Part shown: piece by piece, positions 53,776 through 64,000 of the stretch
Numbering within the stretch: position 1 is the first letter of the stretch
Layout of the letters: the number at the start of each line of letters is the position of its first letter
Assembly: GCA_019828565.1 (NCBI GenBank)
Contig: JAHDYR010000005.1
Span: 1,507,992-1,571,991, forward strand
Length of the DNA stretch: 64,000 nt
Reading direction: 5' to 3'
From: Carpediemonas membranifera BICM
Lineage: Eukaryota; Protista; Fornicata
Made by a program: the position numbers and the translations under genes
Notes under the pieces: model-generated
What the model was told of the DNA's origin: nothing
The model's database searches: none
Seen by the model: the letters and a program-made list of their open reading frames with translations, nothing else

Positions 53776-54751
53776 CTTTTCCAAAATTTCACAGCAATGC
53801 AGTGTTATTTTCACAGTGAATATTTTGTTCTGTCGAAATAAGATGCAGGAAGAGCTTTTAGTATATAGCACGTGCGACTGAAGGCATTTTTAAGCATGTT
53901 TATAGCATGTATATGCAGGTAGTTGATTGTAGGTACTGTCAAAATTTTTCTGTTTACGCAAAGCAATATAAATATGCCAATTCATCACGTAAAACTTCTG
54001 GAGCCGTGTTCAGACAGTCAGAGAACCCACCATACCGCTTTTTCAGCCAGAATAGACTCAACCCTAATTTTTGCTTTTACGTATATCTCGGTAAATAGAC
54101 TCGAACGATATGTAAAAAAATCTTGGATCCGTCCTAACATATCAAATACTACACATATACCAAGTTTCAGCCAAATCCAAGCCGAGAAGATCACCCCCGT
54201 CAAGCCCATGGACAATGGTAGGTCAGCGTGGTTTTGGCGAAAATAACAGTGCATTGCTGTATTCCAAATGTATGACTTATAGTGCAATGCACTGTTATTT
54301 TCGCAGAGCCGAACTTGGAGGTGGCCAGAAACTGAAATCGCTGAAAAGCTCAGAGACGTCGTTATATCATCTATAACGGCATCTCTGAGCTTTTGGGCGC
54401 ACGGTTTCATCAGGACGTGGAGATCGATGCTTGTGAAAATGAAGAATCGACTAGGAGAGCTCTACGCTTGCATGCAGCCTTCTATTAGGTTGTTGATGTT
54501 GGTTATATGCTTATTTTTCGTTCTCGATGCGTGTGGATGAGTACTCTGTTGCAAGATTCATTTTGATGGACTTATGTTGGTTATAGAGGATAAAGGCATC
54601 AGAATGGATCATATGCATGCTATAAACCCGTTACATGCTGTTGTAATGGCGCTACTTGTTCTTCATCATCACTTTGCCCTGATGTTTCGCAGTTGTTTCC
54701 CTAAAGTGCAAAATTTCACTGAGATTTCACGCGCATTTTAAGGAAACAATC

Positions 54752-55507
54752 ATGGCAAGGAGTAATCCGAAGGCAAGAGTGCCGAAAAGGCCTAACGCGC
54801 AGAGAAGGAAGCTTGGTGCTCGCAACCAGAAGCAGTTGAACTTGTCGAAGAAGCAGCGCAAGATCACTATGGCTGCATTGGACCTTGTCCAATCCTTCAT
54901 CAACTCTCTCGAGGATCCGGGCGAGATTGAGAGGGCAAACAAGATCGTGACGGAGGCAAACAACCTGGGGCGCGACCAGGACGTCCGTGACCTGAATCCC
55001 ACGTCAGCCCGCGACAACAACGATTACAGGCACGCCACCGTGAGGGATATTGAGGCGGCCTACACCGGAGATGGCGATAATGGCACCCTGAAGCGTTTTG
55101 CGGCTCTGGTCAGCCTCGACGGCGACGACGAAGACGAGCTTCGCCCTGATGACCCCCTCATGGCCTGCGTTAAGTCGCACAGGGATCTTTTCCTCAAGAT
55201 TCCCGCTGGCCTGAGGGAGGAGGTGCACCAGTTCGTGTCTTCTCAGCTCGACATCCCCACGGAGACGATCCGGCACATCCTCCATGCCAACACCCAGTCC
55301 TCCGACGCCACTGAGATCTTCAAGCGACCCACACTGGTCCCGAAGAGGTCCTATTCTTCCGTGGAGGAGCTCGGTGATATCATTGTCGCGCAGAACCGGA
55401 AGCGTGTGGAGGCGGAGCGGCGCGATGCCATACGTCGCAAGATCTACGAGACGATCATGATGTTCTACATGATCCAGTCTACTAAGCAGACCCCAGAGAC
55501 TGATTAA
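54752..55507 (+). CDS. Unknown cargo protein with basic N-terminus (MARSNPKAR...)
   Basis: 251-aa ATG ORF with GC-rich codon usage like the host genes. Confidence 0.65.
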   Translation: MARSNPKARVPKRPNAQRRKLGARNQKQLNLSKKQRKITMAALDLVQSFINSLEDPGEIERANKIVTEANNLGRDQDVRDLNPTSARDNNDYRHATVRDIEAAYTGDGDNGTLKRFAALVSLDGDDEDELRPDDPLMACVKSHRDLFLKIPAGLREEVHQFVSSQLDIPTETIRHILHANTQSSDATEIFKRPTLVPKRSYSSVEELGDIIVAQNRKRVEAERRDAIRRKIYETIMMFYMIQSTKQTPETD

Positions 55508-55522
55508 ATCATCATGTGACTT

Positions 55523-56501
55523 TTACTCATACTCAATATTCCACGCGGCTTCCCAGTAGTTATCTTTCTTGCGATCTGCGTGCGATCTGTAGTAAGACCG
55601 GAGAGCAGCCATCTTGATAACGAAGACGAGGTGACCCTCCTCGATATGCTTGAGGATCATCTTCCGCTGGGTGCTTCTCGTGGTGTTTGTGGACTTTTGC
55701 TTGCTCGCCTCCTTGATCGACTTGAGCTTCTTCTTCATTGCCATCGTCAAGTCATCCTCCGTCTGAGTCAGTGTGATGTACTCGTTCGGGCTTTCGGGCA
55801 TGGGGTGGGTTGGGGCGGGTTGTCGGCGAGATGAGGCAGGATCATTGGAAGGCTGGGGTGGGGAAATGAGGTGCCGCAAGCCCTGACGACGCCGATAAGC
55901 GTCACCCGCGCTGTGGAGAAATGTGGTGATCTCCCTCACACACCCAACACAGTCGGCAAGAGACTGACCCAAAGCCTCCCACTTGGTGCCAGAGAGCGCT
56001 GCCTCCAACGTGTAGCTCGGGCTGGAGGTATCCTCGATAGACTCCAATTCCGCTGCAGGTAGCGATGTCACGAATCCAAGCTCCTTGTAGAACTCCAGGA
56101 CAGTCTCATCACACTGGAGCCTGAGCTTGGCGCCGGCAGACGCAACAGCGAGCAGGATTGACGCATATCCCTTGCCTCGGTGGGCCACCTTCGTGCCAAG
56201 AGTAACGACGTACTTACTCTTGAAGTTCGGCACACCCGAAATGCCCTCCTGTACCATGAGCAGCATAGAGACGATGTCGTTGGTGGTGGTGCTGACAATG
56301 GCGATCATGCTATGTAAGAGCTTGGGGTGGGTCATACAGGGTGTTGTTCAGTTCAATGGCACTGAGCATTTCCGTAACATGAAATGACGACAGGAAGGAC
56401 AGTACGCTGTGCACATACTGGCTGTTGTCGTCCAGTAGTACATATACTAGGTGACAACCATCCATGGCCAATATCGTGTTCTTCCAGTCGTCGTTAGGCA
56501 T
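55523..56501 (-). CDS. GNAT-family acetyltransferase; intron 56337-56310
   Basis: Motif A VVTLGTKVAHRGKGYASILL and motif B LEFYKELGF. A 28-nt GTATGA..TAG intron joins the ORFs in frame. Confidence 0.85.
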
Positions 56502-56711
56502 GTTTCACGCTTCTGCTGAAATTTTTCACACAGATTTCGCAAACTGCATTTGTGCCACCATGAAAAAAAATTGGCACAAAACGAATTGAAGTCAATTCAC
56601 GACTTATTCGACGAGTAGGGGGTCAGGCAAGTATTATGGGCGCATTATCTTTCCCGGCAAGCGAAATGTATTCTCATCAATCATGCTTTTACAATCTCAG
56701 CTTTTCTATCT

Positions 56712-59079
56712 CTACTCACGGCATAGACAGCAAAGAAGCTCAACCCCGTCATCATCTTCAGACAGCACGCACTCCATATAGTCTTCTTCCCACTCAAGCG
56801 ACGTGTGAGTTGTGATGAACCCGAAAATGTCCTGAATAAGCCGGGAAAACTGGTCAAGATGAGATCTACTGGGCGTGTACTCCTGCTGCGTGTCCTCCCG
56901 TATGCTCATCCACTGCTCTGACTCAAGACAGCAGCAGTGAATGCGAACCCGCCGAAGGTTGTCAAGCCTTGGCACTCCGTAATCCTGTCTGCCGGGAGAT
57001 CGGTTATCTGTCACCAGGATATGAGCCATAGATGCCTGCTCCGTGAGTATTACCTTCTCGAGAATAGCCTTACGACGTTCAGCAGACTTTTGCCATCTGA
57101 TTCTTGATGAAGTCCCTCTCAAAGTATTCCTCCAGAAGATAGAACATCGGAATCATCAAGTGTTGGTAGCTTAGCGGCTGAGCGGTGAGTCGGGTGCTGA
57201 CGTATAATGTTTGTGCGCTTACCGAGACCTTGTCCACAAGGCTGGGAGGCAGTATCTTGAGAGATGAGCTGTCAGTCTGCTGAAGAGCCATAGTCACGTG
57301 GAGAAGGTGACACATGCCTGCAGCAAGGAAATGAAATGATACTACTGAGTCGGTCGGTTTGACAGTCGAGTAGTACAACGCCTGGAGATATCCGATAAGG
57401 CGCATTATATCTTGGACTGGCTCTGGAAGGGCGATATAGTCCTCTCTGACGAGATTTGCCATGCGGACCCTGGCTGCGGACTGCTCATTGCACCCGGTAG
57501 TGCGATCAACACTGGTCCCCGTGGACATGCGAAGCAGCTTATGGTTGAGATCTTGGTTCCTGAGCACGGTAGCTTGATCACGCCCGCGCAATGAGTAGCG
57601 CTTGAACTGATTGCACATCGCAGCGACTTGCTCCAGCAGGTTGTGCGAATCGTGCATGATGGGAGGACAGAGGACAATGCGATCCAGAGGAATCACTCGG
57701 TCAGACTCTTCAGTCTTCGCGAAGATGACAGGGTGGTCAGTGCCAAGGTGAAAGTCGCCATAAAGTGCAAACGGATCAGAGGTGCGGTGTCTATCAGCAA
57801 CAAGTTCCGAGAAGGCCTTCTTGAAGCGTACCACGTCGGCTAGGGTGACCCTGTTGGTGTTTGCAATTGGGCGAAGAGCCTTGTCGGTCACCCGAACGGA
57901 GCTGAAAGGCGAAGGGTAGTGTGCTTGCCCTGTCTTGACCGAGATCATCTTGGCCATAGCAGGATGATCACCAAGGAGGATCACCTGGTCAAATGATGTG
58001 ACTTGGCCGGTGTTCCGGATCGGTACTCTTGCCATATAGAGAGCCTCGATGGCCTTCTCAATCTTGCCCAGAGTGTCTGGCTCAAAGAGATCTTTCTCCT
58101 GTTTCATAAACTCCATAACACGAAATGGGGGAGTGATCCGGTTGGGTAATGTGAAGCCGCTGGGGTCGTAGAGACGAATCTTAACGGCAGTCGTACCCTT
58201 CCATCCGTCTAACCAGAAGATAATCTTCAATGGCTGCCAGTCGGCGCTGGGTTGAGTAAGCCTTCGCATGCAGGATTCGTACCCGGGCTTGTCAGTCTCG
58301 AGCCATTCCGGGTGGGTTACAGCCTGAGTCACAAACCTTACAGTGCTAAACCAGACCTCGACCATCGCGTCCCAGGTGCTACTGTGCATACGCTTAACCA
58401 ACGATGTATGAGGGATCTGTTCCAGTGTAGTCCGATGCTCTGCTGCTTCCTGTTCGGAGGCATAGTGGATGATAAGCAGCGGCTTGTCGTATGTGTGTGT
58501 GATGATGAGGTCTGATGAGAGAGCAGTCGCCATCTGTCCGTCTTCGTTCAGCCTGATCGTGTTAGTGCACTCTAGAGGAGTCAGCTCTCCTTCTCGGGTC
58601 ATGCGACCTGTGGTGTTGCTGATGCGTGTCTCAATCGGTACGAGATGAGTCAGGAAACGCGTTTCAGCGGGCGTAAGAGCTTGATGAAGACCGGAGACAT
58701 GAAGTATGTTGCACCTTAGCTCCTTGAGTATGACCCCGGCGGGTTTGTGTCGCGGTATAGGCAGGTTCATCCTTCTTGAGAGTCGATTGACAAACTTGTA
58801 GGAGTCCTGGGTGTTGTTGAAGCCAGCACGGATGTAGTCGAGGATCGACGTCAGCTCCAAGATGTTCATCAGGTTGTCAGAGCGACTCTGGAGGTCACTC
58901 AGCTCCGTTGATATGTCTGAAACTTGAGCATCGCGGCGAGTCACGTCCGTAGAAAACACGATAAAGCCCATACGGGCTTGGTAATGGGCATGTGCGGCAT
59001 TGCGTAGGTTTCGTCTATCGCTAGGGTCGACATAAAAATCGATTGTCGGCTGCCTGAAGACCATCTTGACGCATTGCAT
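56712..59079 (-). CDS. DDE transposase, CACTA/EnSpm-Chapaev-Mirage-like (divergent); probable in-frame intron 57222-57178 and frameshift near 57090
   Basis: IIFWLDG (D1), LLGDHPAMAK (D2; DxPA), PPIMH and EEYFER (E) occur in the order expected for CMC transposases. The gene lies beside the right TIR. Confidence 0.65.
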
Positions 59080-60162
59080 GTGCTAGGTTGCTGAATTGTC
59101 GACGCTGCGCTGCCAGATTACTGCCTTGATTGCCAGACGGCACAATGGCATAGTATGTGCACGCGAGAAGAGTGTTCAGCCGTTCTGGTGAGTACGGTGG
59201 GGACGTGTCGTTGTAAACAGTGCCTATCGCTGATTGATAGACTATGTACATGCCCTGCCGAATTCTGAGAATTTTCGCAGTCGTTTCACGAGTCCCGTGA
59301 AATTTCACATTTCACAAATTTTCACGAAACGAGATCAGTGCGATTGCGACAGCTGGGAGCTGAAAAGCGGAAGATATGCCTGTTACAAGGATCTATAACA
59401 CCTCCTGAAGTTAGACTGCTGATAGCTAGTCTCGTTGTCGAGTTCTGAGGTTGCACAAAAAAGTTGAATCTGAATTTCACGGTCAATATTGACCTAGACT
59501 GCGAAAGTGAAGGTGTAAGAAAAGTCTAACTCACCAAAGAGAGCAGCTAGAGGAAAATGGTAAAGGGTTTTGCAATCTGCATCCCCTGAGGAGTTCAGTT
59601 TCACACAGAAGAGGATTTGAGAAAGCTCCCCTTTCACAACGTCTTTGGGCACCTTCGACAGCGTTGATAAAGATGAAGCATACCATTAGCCCTTATAGGC
59701 TATGATACACATCTACTGTTGGCGAAATGTTCTGCAATGTTGTCATCGACGAGATATGGTACCACATTTTTTATATCTCAAGATTGATGAGGTGCAATCA
59801 CTAACCGAGCATAGAAGGGTGCTGTATGAAGGTCATATAGCACCCCAGTATGTTCAGTTAGAGATTGCACCTCGCCAATCCCGAGATCGTGTGATTGAAT
59901 CAATAGAACCCAGCGACGAAGACATCGCTGAGAGCTGAAACCAAGAGAGGATGTATAAACAGTAGTACTGAGCTTGCTTACGGACCAGCTTGTCATGTCG
60001 ACCACTTTTCACCAACTACATAAAATGCGTTTCCCTATTTACTCGCCGATGAGCAAAGCAATGCTCGACAACGATGTAAGATATGCGTTATTCATCTATA
60101 AAGCACCTGCTGTAGTATTTAAATCGGCTTCAGGGGTTCTAGTTTCGGATATCGCCATTTTC

Positions 60163-60211
60163 ACTTCCTCATGATTTCCTCAGGCATCGAAACCCCGTTT
60201 TTAACAGTATG
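60163..60211 (-). repeat. Right TIR
   Basis: Exact reverse complement of 41659-41707. Confidence 0.95.
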
Positions 60212-61076
60212 ACACTTCCCCCCCATGCTCTGTTAAGAGCATCACGAAAAGGATACCATTGTTAATCAGGTCTTGGGGGAATAGCCCAAGAGTGCTGACC
60301 CTATAACCGTCGATCGCTGGGGAATGACCAGTGATCCGGGGATGCCAACTAAGTTCAACTTAGGAGGCTGACCGTCGCGCACACGGGACTTGCGTGTACG
60401 CCGGATAGTATCCGTTGACTAGGCTGACGACATAGCGTCCTAAGCCATCGCCCGGCGTGGAGTCCACCCACGGAAATAAGATTTTCTAGATTGCGCAAAG
60501 ATTCTACAGATTCGAAAAGACTCGTGGTACCACTAAATAAGCGCGCTGTGTCATGGGTATCTTACCTGGGGATCCTGCCCCTCCTAGTAGTCGATACATA
60601 CCAGTGTTCTGTCTGAAACCGTGCAGGTTATGTCATGCATTCGGCTTGATTCGGAATAGTTGGCGGTTTGTGCCCTTTTTCCGCTATTTCTTACATAGGC
60701 TTCGAAAATGCGGTTAATTAGCTCCAATTCCGCTTCCTTGGCGAGATACGGGCGTTTTCTTCTCTTCGTCTCCACTCGGACTTCTTGTGCCCAGAATACG
60801 AGCTCCATCATGAATAACCAACATCACAACCACGTTCTACGCATAAACTTTGTCCGTTATCACTTCTTTGAGGGGTTTTCTTCCCCTTTTCCTCGAGATC
60901 TCGTCTCGGCATAAAACGCGCGAGAGAATGCGTGAACGGCTGTCCCTTGGCCAGTATTGGCTATACAGGCGAGCTCAGCGTCTGTAACTTGCACGGTGGG
61001 TGTCCTCCCGAGATTATATAACTCATGTATACATGTAAATCAAATCTGGGACGCGTCCTAGATTTCAAACGGCGCT

Positions 61077-62405
61077 ATGGCAAACGTTGAGAAGGAACTC
61101 TTTGCTGCAATCGACCAGTATATGACGGCCAATCCTACTGGTGTGCTCATCTCCGATCTTCAGGCCTTGAAGCGAAAGCACGTCGAGCTGCTGAATGGTG
61201 ACGGCTCCCAGGAAGCTACTGAGGGTTCTCACACGCCTCCATCCACTGACAACACCGCTGAGACCACCGATGGTGATGCCATTTCGCACCAAGAAGCTGG
61301 TTCAGCTCCCGATCGCACCGTTCTCCGACCTCGACGCTCCGGACGGCACATCGCCGACTGCCATCCCGAATCTGCTCAGACCACAATCACCCGCACGAGC
61401 GAGCTGGGCGCTGAGTTCAACCAGCGTGTCGTCGAGGTCCCCGTCCGCCCATTCCACCGACAGACCCGTTACCGCGCCAATGTCGAAACCCCTCGGGCCA
61501 TTGTGACTGTCGCCGAGCCGACCGAGCCCGCCGAACCTCTTCCGGCACGCGAGCAGCGTCAGGTCGAGACCTTCCGCACCACCTTTGCGGAGATCAGCAC
61601 TGCTCGCTTCTCCAACTGCTTCGAAGTCAATTTCACAGCCCTCCTCGACCGAGTTCAGACCGGGAAGCTCTTCGGCAGCGCTATGACCGAGGTCACGGCT
61701 GCTTACGTCTCTGCCGACATCCTTCGTCGGTTCGCGGAGGTGACGGCCATCGGGTGCGCTCTCCAGCGCTCCATGGAGGGTGTCCAAGACACTCGCGCCG
61801 TAGCCGCGGCTCTGGTCCAGGGCGGGACGAGCGACCGGTTTGCCACAAACCACGTCGCCACAGCTGAGGGAGCCCTCCTGGCGCTGAAGCGCACTCGGGA
61901 GCCGGGTGCTACGGTCTCTCGTGATGTGGTGGTGGACCTCCTCAAGCGCGTGGTGATGGCGGGCCGACACCCAGCCATGTTCTCGCTGCTTATGGCGGCT
62001 GAGAACCGCGGTGCCTCGCGCCTGACCGCCACCCGCTCCCGCGACTTCGTTCGGGCATATTGGACCTGTGTCCGGCTTGAGCATCTCCCGGCTATGGAGC
62101 TTGCCATGAACAAGGAGCTGTTCACGCTCCAGCTCACGGACACGTCCGCCGCGTACGGTGTGGTGGAGGTCAAAGAGCACATCGAGCTCTACGAGAACGC
62201 CCGCCAGGAGGAGTCGTTCATCCTGCTCGTCCAGTTTTCGGGCTATCCGCTGCCGTCACTGACCTTCCTGACCCAGGATCTTTGCCGCACCATGCCTGTC
62301 ACTCGTTATCTCAACGAGCATAACTTATGGCGTCGCGTTCGTCGGCGCTGGGAGCATGACGGCATCTTCTTTGAGCTTGGTGACAGCCTTGGTGCCATTG
62401 AATAA
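61077..62405 (+). CDS. Unknown 442-aa protein with a degenerate C-terminal chromodomain, antisense to pol
   Basis: YGVVEVKEH..LLVQFSGYP..TF..RYLNEHNL parallels the integrase chromodomain at 42336-42520. Confidence 0.6.
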   Translation: MANVEKELFAAIDQYMTANPTGVLISDLQALKRKHVELLNGDGSQEATEGSHTPPSTDNTAETTDGDAISHQEAGSAPDRTVLRPRRSGRHIADCHPESAQTTITRTSELGAEFNQRVVEVPVRPFHRQTRYRANVETPRAIVTVAEPTEPAEPLPAREQRQVETFRTTFAEISTARFSNCFEVNFTALLDRVQTGKLFGSAMTEVTAAYVSADILRRFAEVTAIGCALQRSMEGVQDTRAVAAALVQGGTSDRFATNHVATAEGALLALKRTREPGATVSRDVVVDLLKRVVMAGRHPAMFSLLMAAENRGASRLTATRSRDFVRAYWTCVRLEHLPAMELAMNKELFTLQLTDTSAAYGVVEVKEHIELYENARQEESFILLVQFSGYPLPSLTFLTQDLCRTMPVTRYLNEHNLWRRVRRRWEHDGIFFELGDSLGAIE

Positions 62406-62434
62406 ATCAGATTGTGACTCTCTCTGGGCGCCAT

Positions 62435-64000
62435 TTACTTGGCCCTTCCCAGGAATACATCCAGTGCTTCACAACCCTTGACATTCCCATATGGTTCCCA
62501 TGTGTCCTCTGACGGCTCATATCCCAGCCATCTAACCCGGAACTTCCTGTCTCTCATCCTGGCCTCACTCGTCGACTCTAGTATGGACTCGACCAGATAT
62601 TCACCGAGCGTGACTGCCGCGAGTTCCTGAGCCCGTTGCTCGGACAACTCACCCATAAAGGCGCGAACTCTCTCCGAGGCGACTTGGAACTCCTTCTTTG
62701 TGTTGACATCCTTGACGACATAGCCCACCGTGAGGTTCTGCCTCACGATAGGACGCACTAGCTTCATAGGCCCTCGCCATCCTGACGCCAACTTGGACGG
62801 CGGTCCATTCGGGTACTTGACCAACACGTAGTCGGACGAGATAGGTGTCGTTGCTGACACTTTGTCTAGCGCATCTTGGTGCATGACCTTGATTCTCGCC
62901 TCTGCCAAGTCTCGGGCTAACTGAGCTGCTTGAACATTACTGCTGGGCTGTACAGCCATACTCTGGACGTCTGCCATCATCACGTCTGCCGGGACACGGA
63001 AATCGCTACCGAAGATGACCTCGGCCGGTGTTAAGCGTGTCGCGGTGTGGGGAGACGCGTTGACGATATACTGCGCGACAGGGAGGGAGTCTGACCACAA
63101 CTCGCTCCGAAGCTGGTATTGCCTGTTGCGTAAAATGCGCTCAATGCGGCTGTTCGCCCGTTCCACAATGCCGTTTGACTGTGGATGGTACGGGGGTGGT
63201 GACGTGAGTAGCAAACCCTACGCGCACCGATAGATCTGTGAATAGCTTGTTGACGAACTGCTTGCCCCCGTCTGTCTGTAGAACTCTGGGCACGCCGTAC
63301 CGGAGAATCCATCCGTTGACGAAGGCAGTCACAGCTTCGTCCGCCCTTGTGGACTTGAGTGGAACGAGCTCGGTCCACCGCGAGGCTATATCAATAATAA
63401 CTAAGATGAACTTGTACCCGCGAGACTCTGGTAGGGGGCCAATAGTATCCATGGCTACCCGCTGGAACGGTCGCAGGCTCGCCGTGTGAAGGTATGGTCT
63501 GGACGCCTCGGCCGGCTTGGCGGTAAGTTGGCACACGGGGCAACGATCTATGACCCGCGCTACCCTATCCACTGGAGCCCGGAGTCCGTTAGATCTCAGC
63601 CACTCTACCGTCGTATAAACCGGGAGGTGGGCCTGGCCGTGCATATGAGCTGCCTGGATCTCGTTATCGGTAGCTGTTGCCTGTCTGGCAGTTGCGGAGA
63701 AGACTCGACTCAGCCCGTCCGCCGCTCCGTTGTCAACCCCGGCCACATGCTTCACTGTGAAGTCTAGGTCTGCGATTGACTCGTACCAACGCTGGACTTT
63801 TGCGTTAGACGATCGTGACATGTAGACCAGGTTCCGGTGGTCAGTGAGGAGAGTAAACGACGTCCAGCACAGGAAACGGCGCCACCTCTGGAGGGCGGTG
63901 ACAATCGCATACGCTTCCTGTTCGATCGTGCTCCAACGCGTCTGCACATCTGAGAACGCGTGGGACATATAACACACCGGCTTGCCGTCCTGGAGGAGAA
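62435..64000 (-). CDS. pol C-terminal part (RNase H, integrase, GPY/F, chromodomain); frameshift ~63215; runs off the window
   Basis: EQEAYA, TDHRNL, ADGLSR, CPVC, MDTIGP..TDGG..ERAN, WRGP, VRWLGY..DTWEP. Confidence 0.92.

Larger units (their letters stand above)
41659..60211. mobile_element. Giant cargo-carrying TIR DNA transposon (18.55 kb; ~14 kb without the nested gypsy), CACTA/CMC-like
   Basis: Perfect 49-bp inverted repeats at 41659-41707 and 60163-60211. Possible 3-bp TSD GAC if the TIR is read as 48 bp. DDE-like transposase next to the right end. Confidence 0.85.
60212..64000 (-). mobile_element. 3' part of another Ty3/gypsy chromovirus-type element with an extra antisense ORF
   Basis: RNase H-integrase-chromodomain ORFs. 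Candidate PPT GGGGGGGAAG at 60224-60215 followed by TGTC. The left boundary is inferred. Confidence 0.7.

Noticed and set aside
53880-54700. Short ORFs in AT-rich spacers (also 48606-49196 and 59400-60160)
   Set aside because: Atypical composition, no motifs, and some are antisense to better-supported genes.
60420-60480. CTGACGA...GAAA as a hammerhead ribozyme
   Set aside because: Stem II and the flanking stems do not pair properly.
34100-63220. Numerous 1-nt frameshifts as programmed recoding
   Set aside because: Most sit in homopolymer runs within otherwise intact ORFs, so long-read error or decay is more likely. Raw reads are needed.

Overview
This window is from a compact, GC-rich eukaryotic genome. 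Introns are tiny (28-45 nt, GT..AG) and AGTAAA sits at or just after most stop codons, which suggests a fornicate/metamonad protist (inference). 1-5.7 kb: a phospholipase B-like gene whose 3' 1067 bp is tandemly amplified. 5.8-29.3 kb: dense housekeeping genes (Pam18, Rpn6, Misato, Sec12, CFAP70-like, EMC2, GBP-like, a chromodomain protein, APC6), plus a heterotrimeric G-protein alpha subunit interrupted in its P-loop by a 323-aa intein. 29.5-64 kb: a nested mobile-element island. It holds three DIRS/PAT-type tyrosine-recombinase retrotransposons around a tRNA-Val(GAC) gene and three Ty3/gypsy elements, one with 61-bp LTRs. It also holds an 18.5-kb DNA transposon (41659-60211) with perfect 49-bp TIRs and a CACTA/CMC-like DDE transposase. 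Its cargo looks like a chromatin-modifying kit: SET methyltransferase with an H3-like ARSK N-terminus, GNAT acetyltransferase, PHD finger, protein kinase and a caspase/CHAT-like protease. Many single-base frameshifts in the island fall in homopolymers and may be assembly errors. All calls come from motif recognition; no database searches were run.
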